From Octopus sinensis (Eukaryota), in assembly GCF_006345805.1 (NCBI RefSeq), contig NC_043002.1:41602001-41666000 (forward strand): a DNA stretch of 64,000 bases, written 5' to 3'. Below are positions 51,481-64,000 of the stretch, one piece after another. The notes under the pieces were generated by a model that was not told the DNA's origin, ran no database searches, and saw nothing but the letters and a program-made list of their open reading frames with translations. The position numbers and the translations under genes were made by a program. Each line of letters opens with the position of its first letter. Position 1 is the first letter of the stretch.

Positions 51481-53231
51481 AAACTGATAGGTTGAATTGG
51501 CTGTAATGGATCCATAATACACCATTGACAAATATATGAATGCTTATTTTTACACGCCTCCACAATAAAATAATAAAATGAAAAAAAAACAAGTTTCCTC
51601 TACATCGACTGAATTTTACCAAAAGCTAAATCCATGGCGCAATTATTTCAATTTCAAATGTCTTTGATGTGATGCATTTGCTCAATTAAATTCAAATTAT
51701 GCGCAGTTAGTTCAAAGGATTTCTGCACTCATTTTTAATGTTTGAAATAAAGACATTCTTTTAAAAATTCACTTTCACTTCTGAAAAATGTAAGAAAATG
51801 TGTACATGTAGACTTTTTTTTTATAATTTACTGTTATAAAAGATGAAAATACCAAGTTCAGAATCTTTTAAAACGTAGTCAAACAGAAAGAAAAATTATT
51901 TATACTAACAGAATTTGTAGAAAATAATTTAAACTGGTTCCACTACGTTATTTATTGCTTGAATCCATATTACTTTTACTTTTATTTGAATTAAAATATC
52001 TTTTATTATACTTTTATGAAATTTTATCTTTTTATTGTTAACTGTAATGTCTGTCTTCTTTGCTAACTGAATTACCTGTTGTGCTCTTAATTGGAAACTG
52101 GATGCTAAGAAAGAAAAAAAATATTAACTGAATATTTATGAAAAGACAGTAATGGTAAAATGTATTATTTTTATGTTTTGAATATATATATATATATATA
52201 TGCATATGTCAAACTTCTTTTCTTTTCGTGTAAGAGCTTTCATTTCTTCTTTTTTATGTGGTTACAATATTGATTTCTTAAGCAAAAGGCACAATTGTTC
52301 AAAGGGGAAGGTGATTGATTGTACATTAAATCAACCCCAATGTATAACTATTAATTCTTTTTTTTTTATCAACCACAAAGATATGAAAAGCAAAGACAGT
52401 CCTGGTGTAAATAGAACTTAGAAGCGAAGAATGAAACTAAATCAGTTTCTTTTAGTCTGTTATACCGTTGTTTCAACTATCTTCGTTTCTCTTTGTTCAA
52501 GAAGAAATTCTGTTCTTAGATTTCATCATCATCATTATCATAATTTATTTTTCTGTGGCTCAGATGGTATTTGTTGATGCAGATTTTCTATTGATGGATG
52601 CTCTTCCTGTTGCTAACACTCACCTGTTTTGTAGCTTGGTAATATTTCTCCATTACCTGTCATGCTTTTTGTGAAAGACTGGAAATGAACAACCTTATTT
52701 GTATGACGATGGCACTCATTTACATTCATGAAATTATGTCAAGTCAAGGGTATGTGCAAACACATACAGACACACACACACATACACTGGGCTTCTTTCA
52801 GTTTCTGTCTACCAAATCCACTCACTTATATGACCCAAAAACTGAGTAACTTGGTCATTTGAGCCCTAAAACTTGAGACAGTAATGTGCAGAAGTTGTTG
52901 TTGTTGATTGAGAAGTCAGTGTCCAGTATGGTGACAGTCTAATAACTGAAACCAATGAAAGGTGGTGGAGAGAGATTAATTTTTGCATGTATAAAGCATC
53001 TGTGCTGCTGCCCTTTAAAAAACACCCACTCTGTAAAGTGGCTGGCATTAAAAAGGGCATCCAGCCATAGAAACCATACCAAAACAAATGACTGGAGCCT
53101 GGTGCACCTCTCTGGCTTGCCAACTCCTGTCAGACCATCCAGTCCATGCTAGCATGGAAAAGGATGTTATATGATGGTGGTGATGAGGACGATGATAAAG
53201 AAGTCATAAAATATATAACAGCTCTATCTTT

Positions 53232-54240
53232 TATCTTTACTTTTTATTTTCTGTCATTGAACTGCAGCCATGCTGGAGCACTACCTTGATGGGTCTTAGT
53301 CAAAAGATCAACCCCAGTACTTAGTTTTTTTGAAGTCTGGTATTTATTCTATTGGTGCCTTTCACTAAACCACTAAGCTATAAGGATATAAACAAACCAA
53401 CACCTGTTAAGCACTGGTGGCGGACAAACAAACAAAAAGAAAAAAACGAAGGCACACACTCACAACTGTGTATATGACAGGCTTCCATACAGACTTCATT
53501 TAAAATTCACTCACAAAGCATTAGTCATTCTGGGATTGACCCAACACTCACTCAAGGTGCTGCACAGTGGGGCTGAACTCGGAAGTATGTGCTTGTAAAC
53601 TGAGCTTCTTAACCACACAGCTATGCCTGCACCGATACAACCAAACCTGTTTAATTTATTTAGGGAAAAAGGAAAAGGGTTTATGTTGGTGTTATTCTTT
53701 TACTTTTCTACTTGTTTCAATCACTTGAGTGTGGCCATGCTGGAGCACTGCTTTGAAAAGTTGTTTTTAGTCAAAGAAATCGATCCTAGGACTTATTCTT
53801 TGTAAACTTGAGACTTATTCCATTGGTCTGCTAAGTTACTGGGATGTAAACACACCATCAGTTGTCAAGCAATGGCGTGGGGACAAACACAGATTTAAAG
53901 ACACAGACATGAATCTACACACACACATAACATATGATGGGCTTCTTTCAATTTCCATCTAGCAAATCCACTCATAAGACTTTGGTTATCCCGAGGCTAC
54001 AGTAGAAGACACTTGCCCAAGATGCCACACAGTGGGACTGAACCCAGAACCATGTGGTTGTGAAGCAAGTGTCTTACTACACAACCAAGCCTGTGCTTGT
54101 GTTTATTATGTCCTCATAACTTAGTAGTTTGACAAAAAGAGAGTAATAGAATAAGCACCTGACTTCAAAAAAATAAGTCCTGGAGTTGATTTGTTCAGCT
54201 AACCCCTTCAAGATGGTGGGTGCCATGTTGTAATGAGTAA
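53232..54240 (-). mobile_element. Cluster of family A SINEs (two minus copies plus a plus-strand tail)
   Basis: Matches at 53232-53632, 53697-54096 and about 54100-54240. Confidence 0.8.
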
Positions 54241-54518
54241 AAAGATATAAAAATATATTAGAGAGTTTTTTGAGGAAGACCTAGTGCTGTTATTTCAAGC
54301 AAGTCCAAGGGACCACAATTAGGCTCACTGATTAGCTCATCAGCTTCATTGAGTAAAGCACACCAGTATCACACGGTTGTTTGGAAGAAATTTTAAGATA
54401 ATATAAAAGGTGGGAAAACATGAAATAAAGTCTAGTGGCTGTTAGTGGTGACCCAGTTGATATCAGATATACTACTATATATATATATATATATATTCAC
54501 ACAATTTCATGTACATTT

Positions 54519-54534
54519 TTTTAACTCCATAGTG
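54519..54534 (+). other. Candidate micro-exon (16 nt)
   Basis: TTTTTTAACTCCATAG|TGACCACAGTAATGAG|GTGAGT, consensus acceptor and donor. Confidence 0.3.
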
Positions 54535-57467
54535 ACCACAGTAATGAGGTGAGTGGAGTACATGTAAATTGACTAAGGGCTTATATATTGCTATATCAAA
54601 AGCTTTGAGTTATAATGTGGCAACTTCCACTCATCCAGAATGTGCTTGTGTGTGTGTGTGTGTGTGTGTTATATTTTATCTTTCTAGAAATCATTGATTT
54701 TTTTTTTCATCTAATCTTATAGGAATTCTGATTAAAATTAATGAAATGAGAAGTTATTGTTATTGACTTCTTATCATAAATATCTGAACACATTTGGTAG
54801 TGGCTGTAGTGAGTAGTTGTGTTGTTGTTAGTGATGGTGGTATATAATAAAAATATATACTCTATTAAAATGGTTTATTAACCTCAATTTCAGAGATGAA
54901 ATATTTTTCATTCAGAACATCTGCTATGTAATATTTCAAGTAGTTTAATCTCCCATTTATCATAAAGTCTCGTATTCTCAGTTAGATAGATAACATAATC
55001 CCAAGCAGGATTTGAACTAGCAACATTTGTTTTCAAACTAAGGGTAGTGGTATCCTTATCCATTGGGCAGCTGACGAGGTTAATTGCCTGAAAAATTATA
55101 ATCGCATTAGCAACATCTCATTTCAACCATTTAGGATATTTAAACTCCATTTATTTTATGAGATACTTCCCATAATAGTAACAAAATGAAAGTCTTCTAT
55201 ATCTACTGCTTATATTTCAGGAAGGAATTACCAGTAGATTAATATTCATTGATTAAACTATTAACTTCAACTTTCTATCTACATTCACTCTCAATTTTAT
55301 ACACGTAGTCTCTGATACTTTTCTATATTATGCCTTATCTTCACACTCAGATTAAACACAAAACTTTTTAATTTGTGATGCAGCTTCAACACTTACCCTC
55401 TGTATATCTTGTGGTCCCATGGGTATCGATTTCAGTGATACAAGAACCTAATTTTTTAAGGGAACCTAGCTACATCTATGTTCCTATGAATTTTTCTGTT
55501 AAGTTTTAGAAAATATTGTCTTGCTGTAATTATATAATTTGCATTTTCAAGCCATACATGTTTCACATTTTCATCATCATTGTTGTTATTTAATCTCTAT
55601 TTTTCCATGTTTGTATGGGTCACAGAATTTTCTGGAGGCAGATATATTTTCCATGGTGGTGGTAGGAAGGGGTAACACCACCATTTGCCTGTTTCCAAGT
55701 TAGATAATATTTCTCTGTGTTTTTCATGGAAGACTGGAAACAAACTTTGCTTGTATGATGGTGATGCTAGTTTGCTACCATCACATAGTATCAAGACAAC
55801 AGTATACACACACATGTACAACAGGCTTCTTTCAGTTTCCATCTACAAATACACTCTCCAGACTTTGCTCAGTCTGAGGATATAGTAGAAGAAACTTGTG
55901 CAGGGTGCTGAACAGTGGAACTGAACTGAACTGAAGACTACACAGTTGGGAAGCAAGCTTCTTAATCACACAGCCACACCTGTAATTTATATTTTCCTAT
56001 GTTATTTCTGTTCTGATCAGTCAGAACTAACTAACATTCTTCAATTGTAATTTTGTATCTGTGTTGGTCTTATCATTTTGTAAATCTTATCCATATACAT
56101 AGGCTTGAAGTAGATACAAATCTTAGATTACTGAGATTCTGCTATATTGAAAGGATTTGTCTGAGAAGTTACTGTGAAGACAAAAACATAAAATGGTCTG
56201 AAGGAGATGTTATTTAAAAAAAAAGAAAAAAAAAACAATCATAATTTGTCATCTACAGAGATGAAACACTTTCATTTATATTTACATCAATTTTACATTA
56301 TTTACATCTAATATTAAAAAATTGTTTCATCTCTAAAGATGTGTTTTAATGGTCTGACAGAGTATGATAGTATCAAAACAGAGGTCAGGAATTATACTTA
56401 TGATGTGCTCTTTAAATGCTTTCCCAAATTAGACTTGTCCAAGAAAACATGTTGAAGCACGCACACACACACACACACACACTCACACTCACTCTCTGAC
56501 CCTTGGCTGAGCAAGTGGCTGTTCTGTGGCACTGCCTTCATGAATTTAAGTCAGTTATAATGACCCCAGTACTTATTCCTGTCTGGTATTTATTTTATCC
56601 AGCTTTATTTGTTGAACTGTTAAGTTACTGGACAAAGGAACACAGCACCAGTTAAATGATTTTAAACTCATGTACATACTCCACCTCTTGCCACACATTC
56701 ACACATAGACTTGCATCCACACACACATACATGAGTGTGCACATACACACACACACACACATGTACAATGGGGCTCCTGCACATTTTATGTTTACCAAGT
56801 TACACTCACAAAGCATTAGTCAATCTGAGACCCTGGTAAACGACATCTGCCTGAAGTGCCTTGCTATGGATTGAACCTTGAACCACATAACTGTGAAGTA
56901 AGCTTCTTAATCGCTTGGCTATTCCTGTATATTATAGGTTTCGTCTGAGACCATTCAAGTCTCATAAGATGCTCACAGTTGTAGAGATAAAAGTATTGCA
57001 GAATAATGTAACTCATAGCCAGCATTGAAGGAAGGAAAGAAAAAGGAAGGATTAAAAACAGATGCATAAATGGTGGTGGGGATGGGGGGGGGATGCAGTT
57101 TTTTTGTTTTTTTTTTGTCTGGGGGTTATGGTAAAAGAGATTGTATTGTGGGTGCATTTGAGGACAATGTTGAGGACAGAAGTTTGTCTCTCTAGCAAAC
57201 CCTCTTTCGCTTCAAACATCACTTGAAGTGAAAGGAGACAGTAGAGAGAAAAGTGGGGAAGCAGTGCAGCAAATGGAATTAAATGTGGGTGCGAGGCAAA
57301 ATTGCTATGTATAGGAGGGAGGGAGGGGGGGAGAGAGAGAGAGAGAGAGAGCAAAGGGCTTGAATTCTTGGAGCAGAAGGTGAGCAGAGCTTTCAGGTAT
57401 CCCGACCCTCTTGACACAACAGTTTTCACTCCTTTGGGGATGTTCTTGATTTTATGTTGTTTAATAT

Positions 57468-57510
<43 letters not shown>

Positions 57511-58669
57511 ATTGCACCCCCATTTATATATATCTATACCCAGCATTTTGTAATCCTCTCTGGATTAAATTTGTATATCATGTAGCAGGCCCATATAGCA
57601 AATAGCGAGACCATTAATACTGGCATTGTTGTTGTTATTATCATTATTATTACTATCCTCCAGCTTGTTTTAATCATTTATAGTTGGATTTTAGTTTATC
57701 TTCATGTAAATTATTTTGCGTTTAATCCAGAATGTCATAATTCTCTTAGCACACCCTTCTCGTGGCGCCTGTGTTTATATCAGAGTTGATATCTCACACA
57801 TTTAAACACCTTTTCTTTACCGTTTCCACTCCATCACTGGCACCACAAACCACCACTCCGTAGCTACCACCACACCTTGTCTGATGTTGATATTTCTCTC
57901 TCTTAAGTAGCTCTGTAGCAGCAAAAAGTAAGGAAGTTGTACATTAGATAAGATTTTAAATGTAATTAAAATGCAGCAGCTGTGTTCAAATTTATTCCTC
58001 AAGTGACAGGAAAACATGCTGCTGACATAGGCTGATCTTGGCATTATGGTTTAAATACTGTAAACATTAGTGGCTGACTACCGTTTTGATTGTCATGTCG
58101 GGTAGTTTTATCGATTGAGTTTTTCATCCTCTTAAAAACAAAACACAAACGAAGCAAAAAAAAAAACATAAATAATTTGAAAGTAAGGGAGCCACTTTTG
58201 TATTTTATTGCAGTTCTTTACCACAGATGGTGTTTTGATTAAAAAAATAATATATAAGAAATAAAAAGAAAAAATAAATAATATTAGTCAATAAGTTATT
58301 TATTTATCAGGAGTTTAAGTAAACGTTTATACAACGCTCCTAATTCTGAAAAAAACTGGCTTTAATCCGTGAATTGTAATCTACAGTTTGTTTGAGACAT
58401 TTTGAAAATATGATTGCTTGCTGCTGTTTATGTCTTAGTAGTGGTTTGATACCTCATTATAACCACCATTGTTTCGATATCCCATGCTGATATGCATTAG
58501 ATGGATCTTAAGAATAGCTTTTCTTGGTGTATTTTGGTGTTGTGTATCCATTTCCCTTGTGAAGTATAACAAATTTAGGTTTGTTAAGATCTGAAGTATC
58601 GACTTTCTATGGTTTATTTCTTTAACAACAAATTGCAATTGATAACTTCTTTTATATTTTTTATATATA

Positions 58670-58810
58670 TATTTTTTCTCTCCTTGTTTCTTTCTGTGGA
58701 AGAGCGTAGGCTCGAAACATAGAAGACTCTCAATTCCTGAGCGTTATACTAATACATCTGTTTGAATTTATCCACCACCTGTCTTCATCTTTTGTTTTTC
58801 GTGAATTCTC
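58670..58810 (+). mobile_element. Short (TA)n-flanked Penelope-type element carrying a hammerhead motif
   Basis: Same family as 39195-39365; (TA)n on both sides. Confidence 0.7.
58689..58726 (+). ncRNA. Variant minimal hammerhead motif (core CUGUGGA)
   Basis: TCTTT-CTGTGGA-A-GAGC-gtag-GCTC-GAAA-CA-TA-GAAGA. Confidence 0.5.
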
Positions 58811-58818
58811 CCCCCCCC

Positions 58819-58859
<41 letters not shown>

Positions 58860-58862
<3 letters not shown>

Positions 58863-59175
58863 TTGTTTTAGTCATTGAACTGTGGCCATGCTGGGACACT
58901 GCCTTGAAGGGCTTTAAGTTGATGAATCAACAACTCTTATTTTCCTGGTATCTTTTTGTTAAAGTGCTAAGTTATGAAAGCATAAAGTGATAGTAGGGGA
59001 CAAAGACACATGCTCACACACACACTCACTCACACGCACACATATCAAATTCACTCACAAGGCATTGGTTGGCCTAGGGCTACAATAGAAAAACAACTGC
59101 CCAAAGTTCCATGCAGTGGGACTGAACCCAAAACCACCTGGTTGCAAAATGAGCTTCTTAACCACACAGCCATGT
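58860..59175 (-). mobile_element. SINE family A
   Basis: Family A match with internal deletions. Confidence 0.8.
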
Positions 59176-59653
59176 CTGTACGTACACACACACATGTATA
59201 ATATGTGTGTGTATGTGTTGAAGCATAAGCTGTTGAATACCATCAACTAAACCCCACCATCTAATGTGATACTTTTCCATTATATCTGCAACCCTCTCTC
59301 TGTTAAAGGACATCGTTGTCGTTAGATATTCTGTGTTTGGGAGATAAGCTTTTAACTTACTAGGAAGGATCCTTTTATTTCCATTATTATTGTTATTATT
59401 ATTATTAACCGCACGCTAACTTGTGTATATATAGTATATTCGTTTTGACATGAGATCATTTATAGCTACTGTTTCACCCTTATTGCTTTTCACTCACCAA
59501 TATTTAAATATTCACACTATTATGATGAAATCAAAGAACTTTCAGTGAAAGACACATCCTATAAGCAAGGCAAGCCAAGTACAAAGTGTCCAACTATCAT
59601 CATTATTACTATATGAATATTCATAGACGAGAAACCCCTTTAACACCCACATG

Positions 59654-59687
<34 letters not shown>

Positions 59688-60774
59688 TACACATACATAT
59701 ACATTCACAATATACTACACACATAAAATATGAGGAAAGGACATATTCAATAAGGCGGCAATACAGGATACTTTATGATGTTTAGTTCGGTAACGCTTTG
59801 TTCCAAGTTCCTTTCCTACATGAGTTGACTCTGCCTTTCATCTCTCTAGGGTTATTTATTATTATTTTTTTTTATATATATATATCGCATTTTGTGAACA
59901 ATAACATTTTGGAATAGTGGCTGGCTGCCAATGGTCCAAATTGCTAGTTCACTCTGTATTTCTAATGACAGGGGAGTGTTTGTAACTAGGAGTGGAACAA
60001 ATATCACAAGGGCCTTCATTAATAAAGCAGTGGCTTTTCAGTTTCCTTATCAGTGTTTATATCCTTTGCTAATATACACTGACAAAAGATATACATACAT
60101 GTATGTATTTGATGAACTTTCACATTGTTTCTCTGTATAATATTCCATTCACAAGGTATTGGTAAACTTGGGATTTTGGTATATGACATTTGTCTATGTA
60201 CTGTATGGTGGAACTGAGCTTGGGACTGTTTGGTTGGGCAGCGAACTTAACTGTGCAACCATATCTATACCTGTAAAAGTTCTCAAAATAAAAACCCATA
60301 GAATTTTGGGATTGAGTCAAATCTCTGGTTTTTTTTTTTTTTCTATCTACAAGAATCAAACCTTGTTTCATATTAAAAGCAACATGCATCTCAAGACCTT
60401 ATGTAATGAAGTAATGAAAGAGCTTGTGCAACTTGCAACGCTGGTCAAATCTCCCTCAGATCATACCCAACCATCATTGTCATCGTCGTCGTCATCTTCA
60501 CCCCTGCCATCATAACTTTTCCATATTTGCATGGGTCAAATTGAAGTTCATCAAGGCAATTTTTTTATGGATGCATGCCCTTCCTTTAGCCAATCCTTGC
60601 TTCTTTCAAAGCAGAGTAATATTTCTTGATGGTCAGAGGAACACTGGAATTCCTAAGGTAGATCCAGTGGCATTTATATCAATACTGTAGATGACATCAG
60701 GTAACTATAGACAGTGAAAGTGCTTTAATCAACATGCTACCAGCTAAATGCCCAGGCTCTAAATAACTACTTAT

Positions 60775-60806
60775 ATGTATATATACTTGTGTGTGCGTGT
60801 ATATAT

Positions 60807-60853
<47 letters not shown>

Positions 60854-60944
60854 GTGTGTGTGTATATATATATATATATAAAGATATGTATGTATATATA
60901 CATGTGTGTATATATATATGTATATATACATGTGTGTGTGTATG

Positions 60945-60985
<41 letters not shown>

Positions 60986-61071
60986 CATGTGTGTGTGTGT
61001 GTATGTATATATATATATATATATACATGTGTGTGTGTGTATGTATATATATATATATATGTATATATACA

Positions 61072-61119
<48 letters not shown>

Positions 61120-61140
61120 CACATATGTATATATACATAT
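60775..61140. repeat. Compound (TA)n/(TG)n microsatellite
   Basis: Direct reading; source of the 123-159 aa ORFs. Confidence 0.95.
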
Positions 61141-61149
61141 TCTTTTATT

Positions 61150-61448
61150 CTTTTATTTGCTTCAGTAATTTGAAGGGTTTTAGTCACACAAATCAATCCC
61201 AAGATTTCTTTTTTAAGCCTAGTTTTCATTTTACTGTTCTCTTTTGCCAAACCACTAAGTTATGGGGGCGTAAACAAACTTACAACAGGCTTCTTTCAGT
61301 ATCCATCTACCAAATCCACTTACAAGGCTTTGGTTGGCCTGAGGCTTATAGTAGAAGACACTTACCCAAGGAGCCACACAGTGGGACTGAAACTCGGAAC
61401 CATGTGGTGGGGAAGCAAGCTTCTTAACCACGCAGCCATGCCTGCACC
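61150..61448 (-). mobile_element. SINE family A lacking the central microsatellite
   Basis: Tail joins head directly at GTAAACAAAC|TTACAACAGGCTTC. Confidence 0.8.
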
Positions 61449-61492
61449 TATATGTGTGTGTGTACATAAACTTGTATGTAGGTGTATACGAG

Positions 61493-61540
<48 letters not shown>

Positions 61541-61866
61541 ATGTATATTTAGTAATTTTAGACAGTTGATCATTTTATTTCCTCCTGTGTCTCCTCTGTA
61601 AATGTAGTCAGCTGCCATCCCAGTTGACAGGACAGCACTGATGTGTGAAAACTTATTACTTACTCCCTTCCTTGTACATAGTTTTATTTTACACCCATGC
61701 TACAATTTTATTTCTTTTATTGTTTTTCTTTTTAGTAGTAGTAATAATAATAATAATAATAATAAGGATGATGGTAATAACAAAAATAATAATTATTATT
61801 ATTTATTATATCGCTCCTTTTCCTCACCTCTGCAAAACATCCTTTATATAAAATACAAACATATGC

Positions 61867-61897
<31 letters not shown>

Positions 61898-62495
61898 CAT
61901 ACATAAATGTATACACACATGTGCATACATACATACATACATATACATGCAGACATGTATGCCTATACACACACACACACACACACGCATGTATATATAT
62001 CAGCACAAAAAAAAAAAAACAAACACATTTCATTGGAGTGGGCTGCCAAAGAGATACATATTTCTATAATTTCCTCAAATATCAAAAAGATTTGAGACAC
62101 TTCTCACTAACATAATTATATGTATGTCTGGTTATTATGAAACATACAGACACAAATATCGAGGTTCAACCAGTTTCTTTGATTTGTTGTGTTTCATTGT
62201 ATATAATTCAAGCTAGTCAACCCCTCTAAAGATTTCCTGAAATCAATACTTTTATGTATTTTTATATTTTTTTCATATATCCATCCATCTATCTGTAATA
62301 CTCTTTTGAAAAAAGAAATTTCATCCTTGCATTTTTTTTTTCCTATAATTTTTATGGTAGTATGTATGTTAAACAGGATTGATATATGTGTATGTTTGTG
62401 ATGGGTAGTGTATGTATTAGAAGGTATGCCTTATTTGAAAGAGCTCAACCTATAAGCTAGTATTCACTCCCAGATTAAGCCAATGTCTTTTATTT

Positions 62496-62536
<41 letters not shown>

Positions 62537-63334
62537 CACCTCTGAATGAGAATGAGGTATATTAAATATACTTATCACCGTCATCATTTAGCGTCTGCTT
62601 TCCATGCTGGCATGGGTCAGACAGTTTAACTGAAACTGGTAATCTGGAGAGCTGCACCAAGTTCCAGTTTGATTTGGCATGGTTTCAATAGTTGGATGCC
62701 CTTCCTAGTGCCAACCACTCCAAGAGTGTAATAACAGAGCCTTAATTTATTAAAACTCAATTCACAAATAGAGAAGCTAGACAAAAGTCTGAATGAGAAG
62801 AGAAAATAATTTCAAATAACAAAAGAATAAATTCTGAATAAATTAACCCAATAGCCTCTTGGTTTGGATATTGCCCTCACAATTGCAAGGGTCTTGGTTT
62901 CATTTCCCAGACTGGTGTTGCGTTGTGATGTCGGACAAAACATTTCATTTCATGTTGCTCTAGTCTGTTCAGCTATGAACTGGTAACCCTGAAACAGATT
63001 GTCATTCCATTAAGAAGGAATGTTCGCCTGCTCACCCTGCTGGTGGGGTAGCATCTTTCGAAAGCTACAACAAAGTGAGGAATCTCATTGTGAGCAGTGG
63101 GTGATGTATAACATCTGATAGTCAGGTCAATACAGCGATGAGAAAAATATTATCTAATGTTAGTTTCAGAGGCAGAGGACAGCTAGGGATATGTTTTTGC
63201 CTCAGTAAATGTAATTGACACAGTTTTGCCCTTCTTCACCTCCGAAAGGAGCTTGTTTGTACATCTATGTATTTGATATCAAAGATAAGTCACCCACTTC
63301 TTGGGCATAAAAGGTAGGCAGTACCTATTCAGGT

Positions 63335-63510
63335 TAAAACTATGCCATGTAAAAACCATCCAGTCTACTCTTTAAAGTGGTTGGCATTAGGAAGGGCATC
63401 CAGCCGTAAGAACCATGCCAAAACTGAAATTGGAGCTTGGTGCAGTCCTCTGGCTTACCAGCACCGTCCAACTCATGCCAGCATGAAAGATGGATGTTAA
63501 GTGATGATGA
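63335..63510 (+). mobile_element. RTE 3' UTR terminal fragment
   Basis: GGCATTAGGAAGGGCATCCAGCCGTAAG...CATGCCAGCATGAAAGATGGATGTTAAGTGATGATG. Similar fragments at 47440-47652, 52985-53200 and 62575-62735. Confidence 0.75.
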
Positions 63511-63609
63511 ATTTAGCAAATAAATAATTTCAGAATCATTATGAAAATAATTAAAATAGAGCATGAAATTAAATGCATAATTTAGTGAATTTTTTTTATT
63601 TTTTGTTAT

Positions 63610-63972
63610 TTTTTTTACTTGTTTTATTTATAAGTCTACACCCTTGAAAGGTTAGTCGAACAAAGCAACCCCAGTACTCTTTCTCTTTTATTAAGTCTTG
63701 TACTTATTCTCTTGGCTTTTATGGGGCTGTAAACAAACCAACACCAGCTGTGATCTGGTGAGGGGAAAAATTTAGAAACATGCACACACACACGTATGTA
63801 CATATGTGCATATGATGGGCTTCCTTACAATTTCCATCTACTAAATTCTCTTGCAAGGCATTGGTCAGCCCACGCTTACTGTAGATAACACTTTCCCAAG
63901 GTGCAATGCAGTGGAACAGAACCCAAAACTACATGTTTGCAAAACGAGCTTCTTAACCACACAGCCATACCT
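63610..63972 (-). mobile_element. SINE family A
   Basis: Family A match. Confidence 0.8.
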
Positions 63973-64000
63973 GAATAGCTATTATTATTTTTTATACAAA

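Noticed and set aside
55066-55105. Hammerhead-like CTGACGA-GG..CCT-GAAA
   Set aside because: Stem II is only 2-3 bp and stem I does not pair; it lies beside a decayed tRNA-like head. Could be chance or extreme decay.
55397-55447. 51-nt minus-strand exon candidate with G|GTAAGT donor
   Set aside because: The acceptor is weak and the sequence resembles the CCCTCTGTATATC end region of Tc1/mariner-type MITEs; there is no supporting neighbouring exon.

Overview
This is eukaryotic, very AT-rich, repeat-saturated non-coding DNA. The SINE families and microsatellite load look like octopus (cephalopod) genomic DNA; that assignment is inferred from memory of these repeats, not from a search. No intact protein-coding gene, rRNA, true tRNA or CRISPR array can be supported. 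The long ORFs in the track are mostly read-throughs of (CA)n/(TA)n/(CAT)n repeats, and a few shorter ones are decayed transposon fragments. The window reads as a nested graveyard of mobile elements: (i) about 35 whole or partial copies of a tRNA-derived SINE with an internal microsatellite (family A); (ii) a second SINE (family B) that forms head-to-tail arrays in (AAT)n; (iii) CORE/V-like SINEs; (iv) 3' ends of an RTE LINE with a 66-bp hairpin array; (v) two decayed Academ-type (XPG nuclease) DNA transposon relics; (vi) a Helitron and a Helentron-type non-autonomous element, each nested in an older repeat; (vii) piggyBac-, hAT- and Tigger-like MITEs; (viii) a Penelope GIY-YIG relic. The most interesting signal is a set of short Penelope-type elements carrying minimal hammerhead-ribozyme motifs. 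One has an intact catalytic core inside a 51-bp inverted repeat (30172-30214). Two copies of another family share a non-canonical U at core position 6 (39288-39323, 58689-58726). SINE strand bias and a few well-formed micro-exon candidates suggest, weakly, that the window lies inside introns of a large + strand gene that I cannot identify.
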